A DNA stretch of 64,000 nucleotides from an uncultured Candidatus Rokubacteria bacterium. Lineage in GTDB: Bacteria; Methylomirabilota; Methylomirabilia; Rokubacteriales; CSP1-6. Positions within the stretch are counted from its first letter, which is position 1. Each line of letters opens with the position of its first letter. The notes beneath the pieces were generated by a model, which did not search any database, was not told the DNA's origin, and saw only the letters and a program-made list of their open reading frames with translations. A program made the translations under genes and the position numbers. Positions 9,596-19,943 of this stretch are shown one piece after another. Location: NCBI GenBank assembly GCA_963789955.1, contig CAWBMV010000003.1:126011-190010 (forward strand), read 5' to 3'.

Positions 9596-10834
9596 GTGAC
9601 CCAGCGGAGCTTGTCCGGCGGCGATCTGTTCGACAAGTTGCGGGCCCTCGCAGTGCGCCGAGCGGAATTCGGGACCGAGGCCGCCTGCCCCGGTGACACC
9701 ACCATCGACGAGGTGCTGAGCGCCTCAGAGGTCGTCATTCGCGGACGGCGCACGCTGATGCTCGGCTCGAACAACTACCTCGGTCTGACGTTTCACCCGG
9801 ATGTGCGTGCGGCGGCGCGTGATGCCGTGGATCGTTACGGCATCGGCACCACGGGATCGCGCGCCGCCAACGGGACGCTGGCGATCCATACGGCTCTCGA
9901 GCGGGACCTCGCGGGCCACTTTGGCAAGCGCCACGCCATCATCTTCACGACCGGCTACCAGGCGAACCTTTCCGTCATCGCCGGGGTCTGCCAAGCCGGG
10001 AACGTCCTGCTCGTGGACGCTGACAGCCACGCGAGCATCTTCGATGGGGCTCGGCTCTCGGGCGCGACGACGATCGTCTTCCGGCACAACGCCCCCGAGG
10101 ATCTCGCGCGAAAGCTGGCACGATTACCGAGCGGGAAGCGAGACCGTCTGGTCGTGGTCGAGGGCGTGTACTCCGTCCGAGGCGACGTCGCCCCGCTCAA
10201 GGACATCGTCGCGGTCTGCCGCGAGAATGGCGCCTATTTGCTGGTGGACGAAGCGCACTCGTTCGGCGCCTACGGTGCACGTGGTCTGGGCGTGGCGGAG
10301 TCCGAGGGTGTTCTCGACGACGTCGACTTCGTCGTCGGGACATTTTCGAAGGCACTCGGCGGCATCGGCGGCTTCTGCGTCTCCGATCGGTCGGAGCTCG
10401 AGAGCCTCCGTTTCCTGGCGCGGAGTTACGTCTTCACCGCATCAGGTTCGGCGGCGATGATCGAGGGTGTTCGAGCGGCGCTCCGGGTGATCGCGCACGA
10501 CCCGTCGCTGCGCGAGCGTCTCTGGGCGAACACGAGACGGTTGCGGGCGGGGCTCCAGGCCCTCGGCTGCACCGTCGGGCAGATCGAGTCGCCGATCGTC
10601 TCGATCCCGGTCGGCAACGAGGTGGCCGCGATCACGCTGTGGCAGCGTCTCCTCGACGCGGGCATCTATGTGAACATCATGCTGCCCCCGGCTTGTCCCC
10701 CCGATGCATGTCTGCTCCGCGCGAGCTGCTCGGCGGCGCACACCGCCGGGGAGATCGATCACGCGGCGGCCGTGATCTCACGAGTCGTGCGCGAGGCCGA
10801 CGTCAAGCACGCGGCCGGCACCGAGAGCGACTAG
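9596..10834 (+). CDS. spt: Serine palmitoyltransferase-like alpha-oxoamine synthase (PLP)
   Basis: LGSNNYLGLTFHPDV, GTTGSRAANGT, TTGYQANL, DSHASI, DEAHS, GTFSK (PLP Lys) and YVFTAS. ACP+FAAL context matches bacterial SPT loci rather than bioF or kbl. Confidence 0.8.
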   Translation: MTQRSLSGGDLFDKLRALAVRRAEFGTEAACPGDTTIDEVLSASEVVIRGRRTLMLGSNNYLGLTFHPDVRAAARDAVDRYGIGTTGSRAANGTLAIHTALERDLAGHFGKRHAIIFTTGYQANLSVIAGVCQAGNVLLVDADSHASIFDGARLSGATTIVFRHNAPEDLARKLARLPSGKRDRLVVVEGVYSVRGDVAPLKDIVAVCRENGAYLLVDEAHSFGAYGARGLGVAESEGVLDDVDFVVGTFSKALGGIGGFCVSDRSELESLRFLARSYVFTASGSAAMIEGVRAALRVIAHDPSLRERLWANTRRLRAGLQALGCTVGQIESPIVSIPVGNEVAAITLWQRLLDAGIYVNIMLPPACPPDACLLRASCSAAHTAGEIDHAAAVISRVVREADVKHAAGTESD

Positions 10835-10850
10835 GCTCTCCCCGGGCCGA

Positions 10851-12158
10851 GTGCTTCAATCGAAGCGTGACGGGCTCATTCTGTGTAGCGCGATCGTTCT
10901 GTCAAATCTCCGTGCTCTAAGCTTTTTCCCCCGGTTTCCCGATCCCTCGGCGCTGCTCGGAAGCGCATGGATCGAGATCGCCCTCTGGTTCGGCACGGCG
11001 CTGGTCGTCGCACACACCCTGAAGCGAGAGAATCTGCTCCCCGGATACCTGTCCCTCTGCCGCAGGAACTGGCTACTCGGTGTCTTTGTTTCGCTGGCGC
11101 TTGTCTCGACCTCGTGGTCACTCGATGCGGCGGCGACGTCATTTCGCGCCCTGGAGTTGCTCTTAGCGACCGTGGTCGCTGCCTACATCGGAACGCGCTA
11201 CGACCCGAAGCAGATGCTGGAAATCCTCTTCTGGGCGGGCGCGATCTTCCTCATTCTGTGTATCGGGATCGTGTTCGGCCTTCCGACAGAAGGACAGATG
11301 CACTCGAGGCCGGAGTACCGTTCGTGGCGTGGCGTCTACTGGCACAAGAACCATTTGGGGAGTATCGCGGCCCTGGTCAATGTCGTTTCGTTGTGTCGCA
11401 TGCTCATCGCCTTCGAGCACCGCACCGCCGACTGGCTCGGTGGCCTGTTCTATCTGCTCTCGTTGGCCGCTGTATATTTCTCATACTCCGCGACCGGCGG
11501 GGTCGTTCTGATCGTTCTGCACGGCTTCCTGTTGTGTGTCTGGCTGTGGATCAAGACGTCCCATCGCTGGCGGGCATGGCACTACTACGTTGCGCTTGGC
11601 ACCGTGGTTTCGGGATTGGCGTGGACCGTGGCGAACGCCGACAGGGTCTTCAGCATCTTCAATCGCAGCCCAACGATGTCGGGAAGGGTCGATCTCTGGA
11701 ATTACCTCTTGAAGGACGTCGTTCCGCAACGCCTTTGGTGGGGGCACGGGTTCGGAGCGATCTGGACGGTCGAATCATTCCGCGTGGGCGCAGGGGAGCG
11801 TGTTCACTGGGGTAAACCGGCGGTGATTGCCGACAACGGCTTTCTCGATATCCTGCTGCACCTGGGTATCTTCGGTCTGCTGATATTCCTGAGCGTTCTG
11901 ATGGTCGCCTCGGTTCGATCGTTCCGGTACGCGCGCGCCGGTAGGACATTGACCGACTTCTTCCCGCTGTTGCTGATGTTCTACGCGATCGCCGGGAATC
12001 TTGCCTTCAGTCTGTTCATGGAGACGGAGCTTTTCGTCTGGATCCTGATCGTGATCGTGCTCTTCGAGACAACGGCGCGCTCGGATCCGGCCGAACTTCT
12101 GGCTATCGACACGCACGGTCGTGCCTCTGCACGCCACGAATCACCCCATCTGACCTGA
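10851..12158 (+). CDS. O-antigen ligase/polymerase family (Wzy_C) membrane protein
   Basis: About 11-12 TM segments; WRGVYWHKNHLG, SGRVDLW, WGHGFGAIW and DNGFLDILLHLGIFG. Confidence 0.85.
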   Translation: MLQSKRDGLILCSAIVLSNLRALSFFPRFPDPSALLGSAWIEIALWFGTALVVAHTLKRENLLPGYLSLCRRNWLLGVFVSLALVSTSWSLDAAATSFRALELLLATVVAAYIGTRYDPKQMLEILFWAGAIFLILCIGIVFGLPTEGQMHSRPEYRSWRGVYWHKNHLGSIAALVNVVSLCRMLIAFEHRTADWLGGLFYLLSLAAVYFSYSATGGVVLIVLHGFLLCVWLWIKTSHRWRAWHYYVALGTVVSGLAWTVANADRVFSIFNRSPTMSGRVDLWNYLLKDVVPQRLWWGHGFGAIWTVESFRVGAGERVHWGKPAVIADNGFLDILLHLGIFGLLIFLSVLMVASVRSFRYARAGRTLTDFFPLLLMFYAIAGNLAFSLFMETELFVWILIVIVLFETTARSDPAELLAIDTHGRASARHESPHLT

Positions 12159-12352
12159 TACCGGATACCGGCTATGCTGACATTTGAGTCACCCCTCATC
12201 CTCGTCCAAATGGGGCCCGGACTTGGCGTCCATTTCGTGATTCGGTACTCTGAGCGAACATGGTAGGCATGAGAGTGCAGGCCGTTCGGGCAGCGTGGTT
12301 CCCGCGCGCCGGCGCGGTGGTAGCCTGCCGGAGCTAGCGCTCTCCCCACGCG

Positions 12353-14638
12353 ATGTTCCGCATTCTCGATCGCTACGTGTATCGCGAGATGCTCCCCGTT
12401 TTCGCCCTCGCCACCGGTCTATTCACGTTCCTCCACGTGATGGACCGACTGAACGATTTCAGCAACATGGCCGCGAATGGCGCACCGCTTCACCTCGTGC
12501 TCCGGGTCTGGGGACTGCTGCTGGTGTCCTTCATGAGTCACACGCTCCCGATGGGCCTACTCCTGGCGGTCGTGATTACGGCCGGCCGCCTGACGTCCGA
12601 CCTCGAAGTCGTGGGGTTCGGCGCCTTGGGAGTCAGCCCGCTCCGCCTGTTCCGTCCGTTCCTGGTCGCCTCGATCGTGGTGGCCATGATGGTTGGAGCC
12701 CTGACGATGTGGATCAACCCATGGGGTTCCTCCGCCTTCTTCCGGTATCTGCGGGACCTCCGCCAGCATGCCGCCTTTCCTCTGATCCAGGAACGCACCT
12801 TCACCCGGGTCGGCGATGTCGTCATCTACGTTGACCGGAAGGATCTATCGACCTCGGCCCTCTCGGGCCTGGTCATCGGTGACGAGCGCGACCCCAGCAC
12901 GTTCGGGATCATCACGGCGCCGGTCGGGCGTCTGATCGACGACGCCGAACGTCGGAGGACGATCCTCAGGCTGACCGACGGCGCCGTCCACGAGTCGCGG
13001 CCGGCGTCACCCAATTGGTACCGCGTGACGGCGTTCAAGGTCTACGACATGCCCCTCGACGTGACTGCCCCGATCGCCGAGGCTCAGAAAGAACTCGGAG
13101 CCGAGCGGAACGAGACGACGTGGGATCTCATGGAGAATACTCGCGCGCTGGATTTCACGCGAAAGGCCGAGCACGCGGAGATGTTCGTCGTCGAATTCCA
13201 CAAGCGACTGGCCCTCCCGCTGGCCCCCATCGTCTTCGCCATGGTCGTCTTTCCCCTGGGCATCCGGCTTCAGCGCGGTGGGCGAGCCGTGGCGGCCGTG
13301 AGCGGCATCATGGTCTACCTGGTCCATCACGTCGTGCAGGAGGGTCTCGGTCGCGTCGCGGTGCTTCGTCCATGGGGCGGTGGACATTGGCTGCCGATCG
13401 CTCTGTTCGCGCTGCTCGGCGTCGTGCTCCTTTATTTCACAGCCCATCCGGCGCCGCCTGCCTGGCGACGTGGCGTGAGTCGTCTCCTCGAGCTCCTTCC
13501 GGCTCGCCTGTTGCCGTTTCGCCGCCTGCCGACTGGCCTGCGGCGTGACCGCACCCGGCGGCTTCGCCGGCAGAGCTCGATCATCGATCGGTACGTCGCG
13601 CGACAGTTCCTCATCTACGTCGGCTATGGATTGGGCCTGGCCACCGCCATCTTCGTCGTCGTCGATCTCGTGGAGACCTTGAGTCGCTACCGGCCACCGT
13701 TGCAAGCCATTCTCGAACACTTCGGCTATCGCCTTCCCGCGGCGCTGCACCAGTCACTGCCCATCATCGTGCTCGTGGCCACCGTCTTCCTCTTCATGGA
13801 GCTCCAGAGATACAACGAGCTCACGGCGCTAAAGGCGTTGGGCCTGAGCCTTCACCGGGTCAGCCTGCCCGTTCTCGTCCTGGCGGGAGCGGTGAGCGTC
13901 GCGGCGTTCGTCTTCCAGGAGACGGCGGCGCCGGTCCTGAATGCCAAGGCCGACGAGCTCGACCGCGTGGAGATCCGCAAGGTCGCGGCTCGGGGGAGCG
14001 CTCCCAAATACCATTGGTACCGCCGTTCCGACACCGAGTTCGTCCGCATCGGCCGGCTCGATCGCGCTCTGCGCCAAGTGCAGGGCGTCACGCTCGTTCA
14101 GACCGATGCGGCCTTCCGACTGGTCAAGCGGCTCGACGCGACCCACGCAGTCTGGGCTCCGGACGGCCTGGAGTTCGGGCAGAGCGTGCTGCGGGAGTTC
14201 GGCCCCGACAAGACGATGCGCACCACGTGGCAGGACGAGAAGCCGCGCCGTCTTGCCGACTCCCTCGAGGCACTCGGCGCGATGCCCGCGCCCTCGGCGA
14301 TGACGTTCATGGAGCTGCGCGCCTACGTCCGCCACCTGCGCGAGAGGGGGCAGGCGGTCGGTACTCAGGTGCTGCGTCTGCACTCCAAGCTCTCGTTCCC
14401 CTTGATGAGCCTCGTGCTCGCCTTCCTGGCCATCTCGTTTACAGCGCGATGGCAGCGTGGCGGGCGCTTCGTCGGTGCGGCTCTCGCCGTCGTGATCGTG
14501 ATCGCATACTCGATCGTCAACTCGGTCGCCCTCTCACTCGGCCGGGTCGACCTCTTGCCATCCGTCGTCGCCGCCTGGACGGCGACCATCGTGTTCGGCG
14601 GCATCGGAGTCGCGCTCTTCATCCGCGCGCCCACGTAG
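12353..14638 (+). CDS. lptFG: Fused LptF-LptG (YjgP/YjgQ) permease
   Basis: Two tandem permease halves in one 761-aa ORF: RILDRYVYRE...GRLTSDLEV...EFHKRLALP and IIDRYVARQF...RYNELTALKALGLS...LHSKLSFP. Confidence 0.92.
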   Translation: MFRILDRYVYREMLPVFALATGLFTFLHVMDRLNDFSNMAANGAPLHLVLRVWGLLLVSFMSHTLPMGLLLAVVITAGRLTSDLEVVGFGALGVSPLRLFRPFLVASIVVAMMVGALTMWINPWGSSAFFRYLRDLRQHAAFPLIQERTFTRVGDVVIYVDRKDLSTSALSGLVIGDERDPSTFGIITAPVGRLIDDAERRRTILRLTDGAVHESRPASPNWYRVTAFKVYDMPLDVTAPIAEAQKELGAERNETTWDLMENTRALDFTRKAEHAEMFVVEFHKRLALPLAPIVFAMVVFPLGIRLQRGGRAVAAVSGIMVYLVHHVVQEGLGRVAVLRPWGGGHWLPIALFALLGVVLLYFTAHPAPPAWRRGVSRLLELLPARLLPFRRLPTGLRRDRTRRLRRQSSIIDRYVARQFLIYVGYGLGLATAIFVVVDLVETLSRYRPPLQAILEHFGYRLPAALHQSLPIIVLVATVFLFMELQRYNELTALKALGLSLHRVSLPVLVLAGAVSVAAFVFQETAAPVLNAKADELDRVEIRKVAARGSAPKYHWYRRSDTEFVRIGRLDRALRQVQGVTLVQTDAAFRLVKRLDATHAVWAPDGLEFGQSVLREFGPDKTMRTTWQDEKPRRLADSLEALGAMPAPSAMTFMELRAYVRHLRERGQAVGTQVLRLHSKLSFPLMSLVLAFLAISFTARWQRGGRFVGAALAVVIVIAYSIVNSVALSLGRVDLLPSVVAAWTATIVFGGIGVALFIRAPT

Positions 14639-14655
14639 AACTGACCGGGGCGCCT

Positions 14656-16230
14656 TCAGCGCTCCTCGTGGTAGTCCGTCTCGGTGTTGACCGCCCAGAT
14701 GGCATCCTTGGCGGTGATCCCGGCGACCAGGTTGTCGACGGCGACCATGGCCGCGAGCATCGAGTGGTCCTGGTTGTTGTAGCGGTGCATACCGTTCCGG
14801 CCGAGCAGGAAGAGGTTCTCGAAGCGATCCGCCCAGCCGCGCAGGAGATCGAAGCGATCGTACGTGCCGAAGTAGGCGGGGTAGGCGCGCGGGGCGCGTA
14901 CGACCACGCCGTCGAGGACGTCATCGGCGCCGATGTCGGCGATGCTCTGCCAGCTCGCGCGCCGCGAGTTCGAGGATCTCGGCGTCCGACCGGCTCCACA
15001 GCGTATCGCCGACCGAGCAGAAGTACTCGAGGCCCACCCAGACGGTGCGCGGATCGCGCACCATGTAGGGGCTCCAGTTGTTGAAGATCTGCAGTCGCCC
15101 GACCCGAACGTCGGGCTCCTGAATGTAGATCCAGTTGTCCGTCAAATGCTCCTTCACCGCCGAGCCCGAGGCGGCGCAGGAGCAGCCCCACGGTGATGAA
15201 GTCCCGATAGGCAAGCCCTTCCGCCACGTCGCGCACGGCGTCCGGCGCGGCCGGGCGGAGGGCGCGGACGAGGTCCACGACCGGCATGGTCGAGAACACG
15301 TAGTCGGCCGCGAGCATCGACGCGCGAGCCGGTCGCGAACGTCCTCGACGACGGCCGCGGTCACCCGCTCGCCCTCGGTCTCGAGGCCGACCACGCGGGA
15401 GTGCATGTGGATCTCGCCCTTGCGAGCCATGATCTCGCCGGCGACGGTCTCCCACAGTGAGCCGGGCCCGAGCTTCGGGTAAAGGAAGCGCTCGATGAGG
15501 GAGGTCTCTTGCCCTTTCTGAGCGAGATCACCGCGTCCTGCCGCGCACCTGACGTCGAAGCGAGTGCACGCAGGGCGCGTGCGATCGACAGCCCCTTGAC
15601 GCGCTGGGCGCCCCACTCCGCGGTGATCTCCGCACACGAGCGACCCCAGACTTTTTCTGTGTAGGCGCGAAAGAACGTCCGGTACAGCTCGTCGCCGAAG
15701 CGGTTGATGAAGAAATCTTCCAGGGTGACTTCTGGGCGCCGGGGGCGAAGCACTCGATGCCCGTAGGTGGCCCCGATCCGCAGCACGCGGGCGAGCCCGA
15801 GCTTCGACAACGTGTCGAGGCTCAATTGAAGCGGGTAGTCGTAGACCTTCCGGCCGAACAGGATGCGTGACCGGCGCGAGCGTACGAGCATGACGCGGTC
15901 TTCGCGCTCGGGGTCGGGTCCGGACGGGAGGCCTTCGAGATCACGCGCCTGGCCCTGGTACGCCAGCACGAAGCGGTCCGGCGCGGCCGCCTCGATGGGC
16001 AGGAAGCTGAGCCACCAGCGCATGACCCGATCGGACTTCGAGAAGAAGCGATGGCCCCCCAGGTCCATGCGGTTGCCGGCGTGCACGATCGTGCGCGCCA
16101 GGCCGCCGATCTCCCCCGAGCCCTCGACGACGATTGGCCGGATCCTCGTCCGCTCGAGCAGCTCGTATGCCGCTGTGAGGCCGGCGGGCCCAGCGCCGAT
16201 GACGACTGCCGTGCCGCTCCTATACGCCAT
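14656..16230 (-). CDS. FAD-dependent oxidoreductase (HemY/UDP-galactopyranose mutase-like), several frameshifts
   Basis: [50 protein letters not shown] and [15 protein letters not shown] are spread over at least four frames. Confidence 0.85.
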
Positions 16231-16359
16231 ACGCGGTCAGGTGGACCACCTCCCTGGGTCGGGGATCTCGGGACGGACGTGATGAGCCGGACCGGATCAT
16301 ACCGAAAAGTGTACTCGTACGCGGAATGTCAGCGCGAATAGGCGTAAAATCTTCGATCG

Positions 16360-17538
16360 ATGAGGACGACGGCGCGTCGCGCTCGAGCACTCTTCCTTTG
16401 GCGCTCGCTGCTTCCGGGAGGTGTCGAACGGACGGCGATCACACTGATGGACCACCTCCGCGCGCCCGACTGGAGCTTCTTCCTGGCGCTGCTCGAGCCC
16501 CACGGGGATTTTCACACCGGGGCTCGCCATCCTCGACGTCTGCTTTTTCCGCGTGGAGGACCCAAGACCGAGCGCCAGGTGGAAGACCTGGCGTTTGCGC
16601 TGAAGGCGGTCCCGCGGTTGGGTTGGTATGCGTTACGCACTCAAGCCCTGCTTGACCGGGTGAGGCCAGATGTCCTGTTCACGCACTCGGGTGTGGACGT
16701 CCTGGTGGCCGGGGCGCTGACCCGGCGTCGCGGTGCCGTCTGGGTGGCGAGCGTCGGAAGCGACGCTCTGTCCGGCATCAGCTTCAGGCATCCATGGGGC
16801 CGACCGATCTTTCGTCGCTTTTTGTCGACGGCGTACCGCAGACCCGATCACATCGTGGCAGCGAGCGAGGGGCTGAGGCAGAGGCTCACCGAGGATCTGG
16901 GCGTGCCTCCAGCTCGAGTGAGCGTCATCCCCAACCCGGTCGATCTCGATTGGATCCAGGCGGAGGCGCGACGACCGCTACCGGAGTATGCGACGGGCGA
17001 CTTCGTGCTCGGCGTAGGACGCCTCAGCGCATACAAGGGTTTCGACATCCTGATCCGAGCGGCGGCTCGGCTTTTCCAGCAACAACAGCCGATTCGACTC
17101 GTCATTCTCGGGGACGGCGAAGAAAGGGAGTCGCTTGCCCGCTTGACTCGGCAGCTCGGGATCGAACATCTCGTCACGATGCCCGGCCATGAGCCGTGCC
17201 CTTGGCCCTGGATGAGTCGGGCCCTGGCCGTGGCGGCCCCCTCCCGCCAGGAAGGATTCTCCAACGTCATCGTGGAGGCCATGGCGTGCGGAGCCCCGGT
17301 GGTCGCCACGGCGTGTCACGGTCCCCAGGAGATCGTCAGTTCAGGCGTGAACGGTTCCCTGGTTCCGGTCGGAGATGAGCTGGCTTTCACCCGTGCGCTC
17401 GTCGAGCTGCTGCAGGACCCAGGGCGCCGCGAACGCTATCGCGAAGCCGCGCTCCGGCGGGCCCAGGAATACGGGGTGACCAGGGTCGGGGAGCAATACC
17501 TTAGCTTGTTCCGCCGTCTCGCAACATCCGCGAGATGA
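16360..17538 (+). CDS. GT4 glycosyltransferase
   Basis: GGVER, VIPNPVD, VGRLSAYKGF and PSRQEGFSNVIVEAMACG. Confidence 0.92.
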   Translation: MRTTARRARALFLWRSLLPGGVERTAITLMDHLRAPDWSFFLALLEPHGDFHTGARHPRRLLFPRGGPKTERQVEDLAFALKAVPRLGWYALRTQALLDRVRPDVLFTHSGVDVLVAGALTRRRGAVWVASVGSDALSGISFRHPWGRPIFRRFLSTAYRRPDHIVAASEGLRQRLTEDLGVPPARVSVIPNPVDLDWIQAEARRPLPEYATGDFVLGVGRLSAYKGFDILIRAAARLFQQQQPIRLVILGDGEERESLARLTRQLGIEHLVTMPGHEPCPWPWMSRALAVAAPSRQEGFSNVIVEAMACGAPVVATACHGPQEIVSSGVNGSLVPVGDELAFTRALVELLQDPGRRERYREAALRRAQEYGVTRVGEQYLSLFRRLATSAR

Positions 17539-18287
17539 AGGCGCCGATCTTCTACTATCATTCCGTCGGCGGTCCACCGCCTCAGACGCTAGCGCTCCCG
17601 CGGTTCCAGCAGCACCTCGAAGCGATCCGTCGCCATGACTACCGCACGGTCACCGTCGCTGAGCTGCTCGAAGCGGGTCGCAACCTTCCGTCACGGTGTG
17701 TCGCGCTCGCCTTCGACGACGGGCTCCTGGACAACTACACTCACGTGTTCCCGCTGTTGCTTCAGTACGGCATGCGCGCCACGTTCTACGTCGTTCCCGG
17801 CTATGATCGGGTCACCCGCTGGGTTGCGCCCCGGACCGGCCGCTGGAGCGACCTGCCGGCTCCGGGCTTTACCATTCCATTCGAGAGCATGGGAACAGAT
17901 CAGCGCCGGGAGCTCGCGCGACACGGCATGGAGATCGGCAGCCACTCACTCACGCATCGGACGCTCACTCGGGTGCCGAAGGACGAGCTGCCCCGAGAGG
18001 TGCGCGATTCAAAGGACGTCCTGGAGCAGGAGATCGGCGGGAGGGTGAAGACATTCTGCTACCCGCGAGGCCGCTTCGCGCCTGCCGTCGTACGAGCCGT
18101 GCGCAACGCGGGCTATGTGGGAGCGTGCAGTACTCTTCCCGGCTACTATCGCTCCGGACTGCCGCGGTACGTGCTGCCCCGCTTTCTCGTGGAGGATCCC
18201 GTTTATTTCCGCGCAGTGCTCATGGGGAAAGCCTTTCGGCCTGGCGCCTTGCTCCAGCTCGCGCGCCGACAGCTCGCTCGCTCATGA
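17535..18287 (+). CDS. Polysaccharide deacetylase (CE4)
   Basis: YYHSV, LAFDDG, EIGSHSLTH and FCYPRG. Confidence 0.9.
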   Translation: MKAPIFYYHSVGGPPPQTLALPRFQQHLEAIRRHDYRTVTVAELLEAGRNLPSRCVALAFDDGLLDNYTHVFPLLLQYGMRATFYVVPGYDRVTRWVAPRTGRWSDLPAPGFTIPFESMGTDQRRELARHGMEIGSHSLTHRTLTRVPKDELPREVRDSKDVLEQEIGGRVKTFCYPRGRFAPAVVRAVRNAGYVGACSTLPGYYRSGLPRYVLPRFLVEDPVYFRAVLMGKAFRPGALLQLARRQLARS

Positions 18288-18331
18288 TTCCGGTCCATGA
18301 CTCGATGTCTGCGACCGCTTAGTCCCTGGCC

Positions 18332-19177
18332 GTGAGAGGCGCGAACACGATAAGAGAGGTAGGCCGGTACGTCTGGATGCATGTGGGTACGGGCCAAGCG
18401 CCGATCGTCGAATGTTCCATGCGGTCCGGGAACCCGCGCGTCGTCATCTCGCTCACCACGACTCCGAGCCGGATCACGCGCTTGGGACCGACCCTTCGCT
18501 CGCTGCTGACTCAGGACTATCCGCTCACCGCTATTTGCTTGGCCGTGCCGCGCCGTTCCGTGCGGGAGAATCGAGCTTACGCGGTACCCACTTGGCTGGC
18601 GCGTCACCCGACGGTCACCGTGATCGACTCCGAGCGAGATTGGGGTCCGGCCACCAAGCTCCTGCCGATGCTACGCGTCGAGCAGGAGCGCCCGGAGACG
18701 CTCATCATCACCGTGGATGACGACAACGTCTACCCGCGTGAGATGGTCTCGACGTTCGTGCGCTTCAGCTTGACCCTGCCGGATGCGGCGCTCTGCTTCC
18801 GTGGCTGGCGCGTGCCGCCATCCGGGCGTTGGCAGGATGGCCGAGCGGTCTTCGGCACGCGCGTGGACGCGCCGACCCCGATGGACGTGATCACGGGCTG
18901 TGGCGGCATTCTGGTCAAGCCGCGCTTCTTCGACGCCGCGGTGTTCAACTACGACGCCGCACCGCGCTCGGCATTTTTCGTGGATGATATCTGGATCAGC
19001 GGCCATCTGGCGCGGCGTCGCATCCCGCGTTACGTCATTCCTTCGGCGGCGGCCTTTGTCTATTTGCCGACGCTGACTGCCTGGCGGACACGAGGACTCG
19101 ACCGGACCGAGAACGGCCCGCGCGGCGCCCACAACGACGTCATGCTCGACCATTTTCGATCCGCCTGGGGCGTGTGA
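18332..19177 (+). CDS. GT-A fold glycosyltransferase-like protein
   Basis: VVISLTTTPSRI, DWGPATKLLP, IITVDDD (DxD) and VDDIWISGHL; start uncertain. Confidence 0.75.
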   Translation: MRGANTIREVGRYVWMHVGTGQAPIVECSMRSGNPRVVISLTTTPSRITRLGPTLRSLLTQDYPLTAICLAVPRRSVRENRAYAVPTWLARHPTVTVIDSERDWGPATKLLPMLRVEQERPETLIITVDDDNVYPREMVSTFVRFSLTLPDAALCFRGWRVPPSGRWQDGRAVFGTRVDAPTPMDVITGCGGILVKPRFFDAAVFNYDAAPRSAFFVDDIWISGHLARRRIPRYVIPSAAAFVYLPTLTAWRTRGLDRTENGPRGAHNDVMLDHFRSAWGV

Positions 19178-19196
19178 TCGCCCAGTCCCGGCCAGC

Positions 19197-19943
19197 GTGC
19201 TCATAGTCGGCTTGATCGCCGCCGCTGCACTCTACCTCGGGGGGTGCTTGCTCTTACGGCTCCGCTACCCCCGGGGCTACGTCGCGCCCCCCGACTGCTT
19301 CGTGGCGAAGGTCTACTCCATGCTTGGAGCAGTTGACAGGATCCTGACCGAACACCAGATACCGTACTGGATGGAGTCGGGGACTCTGCTCGGTGCTGTT
19401 CGGCATCGGGGCATGATCCCGTGGGATGACGACGTGGACATCGGGGTTCCCCAGGTCTTCGACGATCGCTTGCTGGGGCTCGCCGGCGAGCTGGAACGGG
19501 CCGGTCTCGTCCTGCACCGCTACTCGTGCGGTTGGAAGATCGGGTTCATCGGCGACCCGAACGAGGCCGACCGCTTCGAGCACTGGTGGTACAAGATCGT
19601 GCGGTGGTTCCGGGGATCGAGCTATCCGTACGTCGACGTCATCTCGAAGCGGGAGGACGACGCCGGCTGCTTCTGGTACTCCTCGCCGGCTTGGGCGGCG
19701 CGCTGGCCCCGGCAGTTCGTCAATCACAGGTCCGAGCTCTACCCGCTGCGGCGTTACACGTTCGGACCGATCGAGCTCTGGGGTCCCCGTGATCCGATAC
19801 CGTACCTGCGTCGCTCGTATGGCGACTGGGAGATGGGCCGCGTCGTGTTCGCCCGGAGCCAACCCCGGCTGTACTGTGTCTTCGGCCTGTTCCTCAAACG
19901 GCGGGTGACGCTGGACGGGCCCGGCTGGGCCTCGCCGGGCTAG
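19197..19943 (+). CDS. licD: LicD/fukutin family phosphotransferase
   Basis: N-terminal TM; GTLLGAVRHRGMIPWDDDVDI, LYPLRRYTFG and YLRRSYGDW. Confidence 0.85.
   Translation: MLIVGLIAAAALYLGGCLLLRLRYPRGYVAPPDCFVAKVYSMLGAVDRILTEHQIPYWMESGTLLGAVRHRGMIPWDDDVDIGVPQVFDDRLLGLAGELERAGLVLHRYSCGWKIGFIGDPNEADRFEHWWYKIVRWFRGSSYPYVDVISKREDDAGCFWYSSPAWAARWPRQFVNHRSELYPLRRYTFGPIELWGPRDPIPYLRRSYGDWEMGRVVFARSQPRLYCVFGLFLKRRVTLDGPGWASPG

Noticed and set aside
9596..10834. BioF (biotin synthesis) assignment
   Set aside because: No bio genes nearby; ACP/FAAL/bCerS context and motif details favour SPT, though only phylogeny or assay is decisive.
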